Below, piece after piece: positions 1-7,855 of a stretch of 24,820 nt of DNA. Position 1 is the first letter of the stretch; the number at the start of each line of letters is the position of its first letter. The DNA lies in assembly GCA_043800255.1 (NCBI GenBank), contig JAZDNF010000011.1, forward strand, positions 1-24,820. The letters run 5' to 3'. Origin of the DNA: Candidatus Altiarchaeota archaeon (GTDB taxonomy: Archaea; Altiarchaeota; Altiarchaeia; IMC4; SCGC-AAA252-I15). A program made the position numbers and the translations under genes. The notes under the pieces are model-generated. The model had not been told where the DNA came from. It made no database searches and saw only the letters and a program-made list of their open reading frames with translations.

Positions 1-790
1 TATATTATAAATAATATCAATAAAAAAATAGTGATATAAACTATATGAAATCTAAACGAATAACTTACCTTCGCATTTTTACGGAAGAGGGTATGCGTGG
101 ATCCACCTACATATCAGATTATATTGAAACAGTATATGATACCAGAAGTCAAAAAGTCCTATGTCAATAGTATGTATATCAAAACAATGTGGATTTAGTA
201 AAAATGATGGTATGGTGGGGGTCAAACAGTAAAAATAGCATAAAAAACGACTATAACGTAGTATAGTATATCAAAACAATATATACGAAGAGTAAATGTT
301 CGTAAAAAACATGAGAGAATACCTAAGAATGGTCGCTTGGGGTAGCCCAAAAGACACAAAAATAGATGTTGTCAAACCATGGATCCAATGATTTTGACGG
401 AAAAGGACATAGAAAAGCTAGAATTCGTCATGAATTCTGTTTTAGACGGCAATGCGTGCACATTTGACAAAAACAAGGTATTAGAAGCTTTGAAAAGCAT
501 TTTAAAGCCTAAATGTGCCGTTTGCAGGCAGGATATCACGGATGATCTAGTTATCATAAATGCCAAAAAGCTGCATAACCGGTGTAAAAAGCGCTACAAG
601 CCTCAATAAAGCGAAAATAATCTGTTCGTATGCTGGGCAACATATCAACGAAAAAAATTAGTTCGTATTATATAATAACTATAAAGGGTTTTTTATGATA
701 AATCTATCATAATTATTATATCAAAACATAATCTATATAATTATATAGAATCATAATATATGATAGACTTAATATATACTTTTTAGAAAA
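1..790. promoter_or_regulatory. AT-rich, mostly non-coding region with direct repeats and dyads; candidate replication origin or multi-operator region
   Basis: Visibly far more AT-rich than the rest of the window. GTATATCAAAACAAT occurs at 174-188 and 266-280, and TATATCAAAACA at 717-728. GTTCGTA occurs at 298, 624 and 661. An 18-bp perfect palindrome lies at 732-749. The function is inferred only. Confidence 0.4.
379..609 (+). CDS. Small zinc-finger protein (single LIM-like C-x2-C...H-x2-C finger)
   Basis: 76-aa ORF with CAVC-x16-HNRC and a basic C-terminus. Confidence 0.65.
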   Translation: MDPMILTEKDIEKLEFVMNSVLDGNACTFDKNKVLEALKSILKPKCAVCRQDITDDLVIINAKKLHNRCKKRYKPQ

Positions 791-927
791 ATTTGCTGGA
801 AAAATTTTGTGAGAGTTGGATTGCCGCCGCTGGGGCAGCATAGCCAGGAAACAGGTAAAAAACGTGAGATACCGCCTGAAAGGATATTTATACAGCCAAT
901 CTCAATCCTAATAGAGGTGGTTGGAGC

Positions 928-1302
928 ATGAACAGCCTGAAATTCAAGAGGGGGTTCAAAGACTGGGACCAAACGTATGAAGTAAGGATAGTCCCAGAGT
1001 ATACTGCCGACCTGGAGAAGATAATAACATCTGTTGAATTCTACGACCCTGCCAAAGGGCTGAAAGCTCAGATCCCTTGGAATGCGATAGAGCCGTTCCT
1101 GACAGGCAGGACTTCCGTGCCCTACTTTGACGAAAAGGGATTAAATGTGAGAGTTGACGGCAGCTCCATCATCATATCAAACAGCAGAGGCCTTAAGATA
1201 AAGGTGAGAGAAGACCAGGCCAAATCAATCTACCTCACAGCCAACAGGATGCTGGACGATATCACAGACGCCGTGAGAAAGCTTGCCGGGGATTACAAAT
1301 GA
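928..1302 (+). CDS. Hypothetical protein
   Basis: 124 aa with a GAGGTG RBS upstream. Its stop overlaps the next start (ATGA-type coupling). Confidence 0.8.
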   Translation: MNSLKFKRGFKDWDQTYEVRIVPEYTADLEKIITSVEFYDPAKGLKAQIPWNAIEPFLTGRTSVPYFDEKGLNVRVDGSSIIISNSRGLKIKVREDQAKSIYLTANRMLDDITDAVRKLAGDYK

Positions 1303-1664
1303 AAAGATTAATCGCGTTCTTAATCCTGATTGTAATAGCCTCCGGATGCCAGAACATAACCTCTGAGGACATAGAGAACGCGAAGAAGGCTATCGAGACC
1401 GGGAACCCAAGCTACTGTGAGAATATCGGCGACGTACTGGGCAAAGATACCTGCTTCAGCGCCGTGGCGAACAAGAAAGGCGACGCAACCATATGCAAGA
1501 GGATATCAGACCTGCGGATGGTGGACGGCTGCTATCTGGGCGTTGCGACAACGACACGGAATCCGAGAGTTTGTGAGATGATGAACCGCTCTAAAGACCA
1601 GGAGGAGTGCAAGCAGATGGCATCGAACGTCGGCAAAGAGGCTTTAGCGAACCTCGCAGGCTAG
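1299..1664 (+). CDS. Putative lipoprotein/secreted protein with Cys-repeat helical motifs
   Basis: Signal peptide MKRLIAFLILIVIASGC, then three repeats of C-x2-(I/M)-x7-C. Confidence 0.8.
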   Translation: MKRLIAFLILIVIASGCQNITSEDIENAKKAIETGNPSYCENIGDVLGKDTCFSAVANKKGDATICKRISDLRMVDGCYLGVATTTRNPRVCEMMNRSKDQEECKQMASNVGKEALANLAG

Positions 1665-1667
1665 ACT

Positions 1668-2624
1668 TCAGGCTGCCTTCCTTTTGCCTATAGTCTCTGC
1701 AATAGAGTCGACATTTGAAAGCGCCCTGGAGAGAGCTTCTTGGGGGTTGTCAGAGCCTTCAGCCTTCTTTACAGCCTCTTCCACGATTTCAAGGGGGTTA
1801 GCATCAATTCCCGCATCTTTCAGCCTCTCCCTCACCCTAAGCGCATCCCGGATGTTGCCTTCCACCTTAGGATTCATTCTCCCGTTCTCATCCCTCAACC
1901 CTACGTTTCCTACCTCAGCAACCCTTGAGGCAGCTTTCAGCAGGTCCATCTTCTTAACCCCGGCGGATTTCGACATTTCATCAAGTTTCTCGTATAACCT
2001 GTCAACGTTGGCTAACGCATCGCCTCTGATGTTTCTGGTTGAGAAGTCAACGTCAGCTTCGACGAGAGTAGGAGCCCCGCCAGGCTTAAGCTCTACTTTT
2101 ATCCTACCCGGGTTTCGTTCGAATACTGTTCCAGTCCCCTCAAGTACGCCCAACTGGTCCATGCGAGAGTCATCGCCTCTGAACACTTCAGTAGGCTGGT
2201 TTCTAAGGACATTGCCTTCCCTCATGCCCCTCCGGTCTTCCAGCCTGCCCATCGCCCCCTGCGCTGCAGCCTTCTTGCTATCGAGCACGGAACCAAGCTC
2301 CCTTATCCTGCTGGCGGTCGCCTCGCTGGGATTAGCCTCGTGCTGTTGAACAGCTTCAGAGAGCTGATTTGTGATAATCAGAAGCTCGGAATGGATAGGA
2401 CCACGTATCATCGTTAGGTCACGTTCCATGCCCATTTGCCCTCTTTCAGGCCACATAAGGTCTTCGTTCATCCTCTCCTGCAGGATTTCGTCAGGCTTCT
2501 CATGCAGCGGTTTCTCGCCCTCAAGGGCTTTTTTCACAACATAGGCTGCCGCCGCGACTTGCACACCCCTCTTCAGGCCTTCTTTCAGGCTGCTAGGCTT
2601 CCCAGTCCTCTGCCCGTTCGTCAT
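1668..2624 (-). CDS. Hypothetical charged, largely helical protein
   Basis: 318-aa ORF with natural composition and a 4-bp overlap with the upstream gene. No family recognised. Confidence 0.75.
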   Translation of the reverse strand: MTNGQRTGKPSSLKEGLKRGVQVAAAAYVVKKALEGEKPLHEKPDEILQERMNEDLMWPERGQMGMERDLTMIRGPIHSELLIITNQLSEAVQQHEANPSEATASRIRELGSVLDSKKAAAQGAMGRLEDRRGMREGNVLRNQPTEVFRGDDSRMDQLGVLEGTGTVFERNPGRIKVELKPGGAPTLVEADVDFSTRNIRGDALANVDRLYEKLDEMSKSAGVKKMDLLKAASRVAEVGNVGLRDENGRMNPKVEGNIRDALRVRERLKDAGIDANPLEIVEEAVKKAEGSDNPQEALSRALSNVDSIAETIGKRKAA

Positions 2625-3289
2625 CTCTCCCTCCCCATCTTGAACTTCAAAGCCCTTCTTATGAGCTCCGGACGGTGCTCTTCATTGAGCGTCTCTAAGA
2701 GGAATTCCGCAGGGTGGTTGCTGTCGGAGACCATCTCCCTGACAGCCAAGAATAGGTCACTGTCAATCAATCCCCTGCCCTTGTTCTCATCAGTTACCTT
2801 AAGGATAGCATCGAGCGCGTCCTTCTCTGATTTCAGAATGCTCGCAGGGTCGCGCTTCTCCCACTGTGACACAAGCAGGGCGAGCTCCTGCCTGCGCTCG
2901 TCGGCTGTCAATTCAACGTGAGGCTGTATCATGATGTCCGCACGCTGCCTCTTCTTTTCAGCTTCAAGAACGTGGGTTATGCGGCCCCTGTACCGGTCAT
3001 TGTAGAATCTTGCCATGTCCTGGGCGCCTGAACTCTTGTACGCTCTCACCACATCCCTGACGAATTTCACACCCTCAGGAGAGTCTCCAGACAGTATAAG
3101 CTTTATCCTGTCTTTTCCAGCCGGGCCGAGTTCGCCAGAAACTGCCTCCATCACCTGCGATAGCAATCGAATGTTCTTCAGATGCTCGAATGACTTAGCC
3201 CTGAGCCTGACGAAATTCTTTGAGCTCTCGTCCAGCCTATCAAAAGCCTCCCTGCTCAGCCCCTGCCACTCCAAGTTAACGTCAGACAT
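2621..3289 (-). CDS. Hypothetical helical protein (start uncertain: 3289 or 3298)
   Basis: Track ORF 2621..3337. An internal ATG (MSDVNLEW) gives an 8-bp overlap with the upstream gene. Confidence 0.7.
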   Translation of the reverse strand: MSDVNLEWQGLSREAFDRLDESSKNFVRLRAKSFEHLKNIRLLSQVMEAVSGELGPAGKDRIKLILSGDSPEGVKFVRDVVRAYKSSGAQDMARFYNDRYRGRITHVLEAEKKRQRADIMIQPHVELTADERRQELALLVSQWEKRDPASILKSEKDALDAILKVTDENKGRGLIDSDLFLAVREMVSDSNHPAEFLLETLNEEHRPELIRRALKFKMGRER

Positions 3290-3605
3290 CTTGCGCATGT
3301 TCCAAACCTCTGGACATCCTAGAAAGAAGAGCCACAACCTTCGGAACCTCGATGCCAGGAGACTTAAGTTTTTCCGCAGACCCTAGTATGCCCCTTATGG
3401 TGTCTTCGACTTCCACTGCATGCGCATCAAGCTTGTCAGGAGACGGTCTCGCAGCCTTTGCCAAACTTTCGGGAATCGTCACACTCGAACCCTCCATAAG
3501 ATATGTTTGCGCCTTGGGGACTGGAAGCTCGCCCGGAACCTGAGGCTGCGCTACGATTTCAGGCTTCTCGTCCGCCTTTCTCCTAAGCTTGAAACCTAGG
3601 GGCAT
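3282..3605 (-). CDS. Hypothetical protein
   Basis: 107 aa; first gene of a three-gene coupled minus-strand unit divergent from aroK. Confidence 0.65.
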   Translation of the reverse strand: MPLGFKLRRKADEKPEIVAQPQVPGELPVPKAQTYLMEGSSVTIPESLAKAARPSPDKLDAHAVEVEDTIRGILGSAEKLKSPGIEVPKVVALLSRMSRGLEHAQDV

Positions 3606-3662
3606 TTTTTTAACACCTTACGGTAATATATGGTAGGAATAGGGTAATAAATTGGTATAACT

Positions 3663-4565
3663 ATGGAAGCTTCTGCTGTTTCGCACGGCGCTGCCACGAT
3701 AATATGCGCTTTCGCCACAGGCCGCGGGGGAGCCTTAGGCATCAACCTCAAGACGAAGGCTACGGCAGAACTGGACGGCTCCGGGGAGATTACGGCAGCC
3801 ATCGTAGGGCAGCCTGATGAGAGCACACTCCTGCTTGAATCCTGCGCCAGACGGGTTCTTGAGTACTTTAGGATGGATTATGGCGTTGACATACGAACCG
3901 AGAGCAACATCCCCATAGCCTCAGGCCTTAAGAGTTCTTCCACTGCTGCAAACGCCGCGGTGCTGGCGTTATCAGGCGCCATAGCCCGCGAGCATGGACA
4001 GGTAATAGGCAGAGGAAACAGCCAGAAGCTGGTTGTGAAGGGCAGGACATTAGACCATGAGACCCTGATAAAACTGGGGGTGAAAGCAGCCTTCGACGCG
4101 AAGGTCACGATAACTGGAGCCTATGACGACGCTACAGCCTCCTACTTCGGAGGCTATACGGTGACAGACAACCTGAGGAGAAAAATCATCAGGAGGGGGA
4201 GGATAAAACCGTTGAAGGCGGTGGTCTTCGTCCCAGAAGGAAGGTCATATTCTGGAAAGGTTGACGTAAAACGGGTCAAGACACTGAAAAAGGAGATTGG
4301 CCTGGCGTGGGAGACTGCTAAAAAAGGGGACATATTCACTGCCATGACGTTGAATGGCTTATACCATACCCTACTGTTCAAGCAGAATCCTGAGGTGACG
4401 TTGGAGGCTTTGAACGCTGGAGCCGTCGCTGCAGGTCTTTCGGGGACCGGGCCGTCTGTGGTTGCGCTCGCACGCAATCCAAAGCCTATCGTGAAATCAT
4501 GGAAGCAGTTCGACGGCAGTATCCTGACGGCTGAGACCAACAACCTGCGGGCGTCGGTACTATAA
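3663..4565 (+). CDS. aroK: Archaeal shikimate kinase (GHMP family)
   Basis: PIASGLKSSS GHMP ATP motif, plus TGAYDDA, GGYTVTDN and GLSGTGPS. Confidence 0.95.
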   Translation: MEASAVSHGAATIICAFATGRGGALGINLKTKATAELDGSGEITAAIVGQPDESTLLLESCARRVLEYFRMDYGVDIRTESNIPIASGLKSSSTAANAAVLALSGAIAREHGQVIGRGNSQKLVVKGRTLDHETLIKLGVKAAFDAKVTITGAYDDATASYFGGYTVTDNLRRKIIRRGRIKPLKAVVFVPEGRSYSGKVDVKRVKTLKKEIGLAWETAKKGDIFTAMTLNGLYHTLLFKQNPEVTLEALNAGAVAAGLSGTGPSVVALARNPKPIVKSWKQFDGSILTAETNNLRASVL

Positions 4566-4566
4566 G

Positions 4567-4986
4567 ATGAAGGTTGTCACAAGACAGATTCAACTGAACA
4601 CGAAACCTGACCTCGACATCATAGACATCACATGCCATGTCTCAGACGCTGTCAAAGGCTCTAAGCTCAGGTCAGGGACCGTGACCATCTTCGTCCCAGG
4701 TTCAACCGGGTCTGTCTCGACCATGGAGTACGAGCCAGGCCTGCTGAAGGACATTCCCCGTGCCTTGGAGCAGTTCGCGCCATCGGGCATAGATTACGCC
4801 CATCACAGGACTTGGGGAGACGACAACGGCAAAAGCCATGTGAGAGCGACCATTATGGGACCCAGCCTCACAGTCCCCTTCGTGGACGGGAAGCTGACCC
4901 TGGGAACATGGCAGCAGATAGTCTTCCTGGACTTTGACACGCCATCAAGGAGCAGGAACCTGATAGTGCAGATTATGGGGGAGTAG
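4567..4986 (+). CDS. yjbQ: YjbQ/UPF0047 family protein (secondary thiamine-phosphate synthase-like)
   Basis: Motifs FVPGSTG, EYEPGL, DNGKSH and LGTWQQI. Confidence 0.93.
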   Translation: MKVVTRQIQLNTKPDLDIIDITCHVSDAVKGSKLRSGTVTIFVPGSTGSVSTMEYEPGLLKDIPRALEQFAPSGIDYAHHRTWGDDNGKSHVRATIMGPSLTVPFVDGKLTLGTWQQIVFLDFDTPSRSRNLIVQIMGE

Positions 4987-4990
4987 GGCG

Positions 4991-5725
4991 TCACCACTGG
5001 TGCATGAACATTGTGGCGTAGATAATCCCCTTTTCCTTGTCTTCTCCTGCCCCAACCCATCTGGTTATCCTTATGCTGTCGACAGAGGCATTCGCTGCCC
5101 TGAGGACGGACATGTTGGTTGTATTCCCGCTCGGTTTCAGAATTCCAATGTTTATCTCCGTTATCTCTCCCATATCAGAGTATGTGAGATTGTTGATTCT
5201 GAAGGAGTATTGGTTGAACACCGGTTTTTTCCCTAGGAACTCCGTGTTGAACTCGTATGACGTCACCAGCAGCGCGTCACTGTAGGCTGGCGAGGCCGTG
5301 CTCAGAGAGCAGCCGTACCCTTCGATGCAGTATTCGACAGGTTCACTGCACTTTTTCAGAATCTCCTTGCCAGTTCGGTACATGCATTTGCGCTTATAGC
5401 ATACCGGCCTGTATTCGACAGCGTAGACGTCGTAGCTGTCGCACCTGAGATTAGAGTAGTATTCTATGCCGCAGTCCCTGTTTTTCGTGCAGTTTGAGGG
5501 TATGATGTACACCGTCGTTGTGGTCGTAAGTTCCACAGAGGTTGTAGTCTCTGCGATGCTGGTCGTCTCCATGACTGTGCTGGTTGACGATGTTGTCGAG
5601 GTTACAGTGGACGTCACACTTGACGTCTGATTCAGTTCAGAAACATTCTCATGCTCTTTGACCTCTTTTGTAACGCATCCGCCGACGATTAATACCATGG
5701 CGCAAACGAGTATTTTCCAACACAT
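4991..5725 (-). CDS. Putative lipoprotein with Thr/Ser-rich linker and Cys-rich domain
   Basis: Hydrophobic N-terminus ending VGGC, a T/S tract and a CTKNRDC...C-rich module. The start is probably the ATG at 5725 (track gives 5746). Confidence 0.8.
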   Translation of the reverse strand: MCWKILVCAMVLIVGGCVTKEVKEHENVSELNQTSSVTSTVTSTTSSTSTVMETTSIAETTTSVELTTTTTVYIIPSNCTKNRDCGIEYYSNLRCDSYDVYAVEYRPVCYKRKCMYRTGKEILKKCSEPVEYCIEGYGCSLSTASPAYSDALLVTSYEFNTEFLGKKPVFNQYSFRINNLTYSDMGEITEINIGILKPSGNTTNMSVLRAANASVDSIRITRWVGAGEDKEKGIIYATMFMHQW

Positions 5726-5802
5726 AGCATTAGCACGACTCCTCAATTTAGATATTATCCTAAGGGGTATTATTTTAATTTCTCAGAGTTTAATAGACTA
5801 CT

Positions 5803-6204
5803 GTGACAGGTACGGTGAAGTATGGCATAGTAATAACTGCCGTTATCCTGACCGTTGTCTTTCTCATCTATCCGAACCAGAGCAGAATGTCCGGGAAGGA
5901 TATCACATCATACGACGTTAACTGTGATATAACCTCAATGAACCCTGCGCTGCCTACCGTAATCGAGTGCAGCATGTATCATGAACGAGCCACCGTCTAC
6001 CTGGTCAGCATAGAATATTCGACTGCCGGGAACCCGGCCAAGCAGAGCATAACGTTCACGCCTAAGATATCCTACTTCAACGAGGTGCTGCCTGTCAACA
6101 CAGTCAGCTACGAGGTCAGGATAGACATGCAGACCCAAGATGGCTGGAGGGAGATTTACCGTACAGCGGTATCGAACAAAGATCCTAAGATGTTCTGCGA
6201 GTGA
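5803..6204 (+). CDS. Membrane-anchored hypothetical protein (beta-rich ectodomain)
   Basis: N-terminal TM segment YGIVITAVILTVVFLIY; GTG start; T-run downstream of the stop. Confidence 0.75.
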   Translation: MTGTVKYGIVITAVILTVVFLIYPNQSRMSGKDITSYDVNCDITSMNPALPTVIECSMYHERATVYLVSIEYSTAGNPAKQSITFTPKISYFNEVLPVNTVSYEVRIDMQTQDGWREIYRTAVSNKDPKMFCE

Positions 6205-6243
6205 TAATACCTTTTTATTTTGGAGTCGGTATAATAGATTGCT

Positions 6244-7491
6244 GTGGGCTTTTTCGACAGATTCTTCAAAGGAGACGATCATCCGGCTGAGGTAGGTTTC
6301 GCAGAGCTAGGGGAATTCTTGGATGATGAGGCTGGCAGGCTGAACGAGACGGTCGGCAGGTCCTTGAAACCAGTGATCAAGGAAATCGCATACCTCAAGG
6401 AGCGGTTGAAAGACGACATCACATTGATTGATGAGTCGGATGTTCCCGAAGGCCTGCAGAGCAGGTTTAAGAGCATAGTAAGGACGTCCAAACCCCGTTT
6501 CACAGCGTCGATGCTGGATTTGGCTGATCATATCAGACCGCCCGAAACTCTGGACTATAAGGCGGCTGTGGATTTCCTTAGGAGCTTTTCCGACTGCCTG
6601 GAGAGAGTCGCCAAGCTCAATTTTGGCGAGGGAAGGTATCTTCCAATGGCTTTTGAGAAGCCGATGACCGACATCCGCGAGACTGTTAAGGGGATGGTCT
6701 CAGCCAAGAAGAGCCTGGAGGAGATCGTCGAATCCAACAGGAGGATTGCAACCCTATATGAGGCGCGGCAGACGTTCAACGACCTTGCTAATCTGAGGGA
6801 TGAGCTGAGTTCTCAGGAGGCTGGCAAGTTGGAACTTAAAAAAGCTATCGGAGGTCTTGAGTCTAACCTAGAGGGGCTAACCTCGGACTACAGGCTATCA
6901 AAATCAGCTTTAGAGGATTCAGAGCTCGTACAAGAGAGGGATTCCGCCAGAGCGGAGCGCAGGAGCGTTGAGGATGCTGTGTTCGCAGTCATCAGCCAGC
7001 TTAAGAGGCCGCTGCGCAAGTACAGGAGGACTGCTCTCGCAGGCGGCCTCCAGAAGAACGTGCTGGCTGCATTGGACGCTATGATGGAGAACCCAGCAGG
7101 CTGCCTCAGGGAGGAATTGGAGCCTGTGAGAAGCTCATTAGCCGGGATGAGAGAGGCGATTGAGAGGAACGCCTTGGACGTGAAGAACAGGGAGAAGGTT
7201 CTACTGTCAGTGGAGAAGGCTTTGAAGCTTCTAAGCCCGGAACCTGTTGTAGACTACGCAAGGCTTCTGGAGAGAGAGGGTGAACTGGAGAGGAGAATTG
7301 GAACATCTGATGCTGCCATAAAAGCGGAAGAGCTGAAAAGGCTCATCGAAAAGGCAGAAAACGACAGGCAGAGGATGCTGGCGGAACTCTCAACACTGGA
7401 GAAGAGAGGGGAGGAGCTGTCAAACAGGATAGCAGTCCTGAAGAAGAAGCTTTTAAGCCTGGCGGAAGAGCTGCAGATCAGCGTGACATAG
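6244..7491 (+). CDS. Long coiled-coil protein with N-terminal amphipathic helix
   Basis: 415 aa of heptad-rich E/K/L/R segments, beginning MGFFDRFFKG. No Walker motifs. Confidence 0.85.
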   Translation: MGFFDRFFKGDDHPAEVGFAELGEFLDDEAGRLNETVGRSLKPVIKEIAYLKERLKDDITLIDESDVPEGLQSRFKSIVRTSKPRFTASMLDLADHIRPPETLDYKAAVDFLRSFSDCLERVAKLNFGEGRYLPMAFEKPMTDIRETVKGMVSAKKSLEEIVESNRRIATLYEARQTFNDLANLRDELSSQEAGKLELKKAIGGLESNLEGLTSDYRLSKSALEDSELVQERDSARAERRSVEDAVFAVISQLKRPLRKYRRTALAGGLQKNVLAALDAMMENPAGCLREELEPVRSSLAGMREAIERNALDVKNREKVLLSVEKALKLLSPEPVVDYARLLEREGELERRIGTSDAAIKAEELKRLIEKAENDRQRMLAELSTLEKRGEELSNRIAVLKKKLLSLAEELQISVT

Positions 7492-7522
7492 ATCTAGCGT
7501 CATTCGATGAGAACCTAGATAG

Positions 7523-7855
7523 CTATTTCCACTCTGTTGTAACCTGAACGCATTCGCCTTCGACGCACTTTATCCTCAGGTTCCCAGCGTAGCCTGAGCA
7601 GAAGTCTGGGCACTGCCTTGTCACGTCGACGTATCTGCTGTTGCCGTAGAAGCATCTGCCGGTATCAGTGTGGACGCCGCATGCGCAGTCAATGTCGTTG
7701 GAACATGAGGTCTCATTCTCCATCGGCAGAGATTGTACTGTGGTCGTGGCTAGCGTAGTTGTCGAGGTGACTGTTGTAGTGGTCGTCGTCTGCCCTATGC
7801 AGCCTGATATCACCACAAGCGCCAGAAGGACTGCGGTCGAAGTTTCGATGTTCAT
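7523..7855 (-). CDS. Putative lipoprotein with Thr tract and eight-cysteine cluster-like domain
   Basis: ISGC lipobox-like motif, poly-Thr linker and eight Cys from CSNDIDC to CVEGEC. Overlaps the protease stop by 4 bp. Confidence 0.85.
   Translation of the reverse strand: MNIETSTAVLLALVVISGCIGQTTTTTTVTSTTTLATTTVQSLPMENETSCSNDIDCACGVHTDTGRCFYGNSRYVDVTRQCPDFCSGYAGNLRIKCVEGECVQVTTEWK

Noticed and set aside
337-352. Small hairpin TTGGG-GTAG-CCCAA ahead of the zinc-finger gene
   Set aside because: A single 5-bp stem is expected by chance.
168-728. CRISPR array
   Set aside because: Only two or three short copies with irregular spacing (92 and about 450 bp), and no cas genes.
6244-7491. SMC/Rad50 ATPase
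   Set aside because: No Walker A/B, signature motif or zinc hook.
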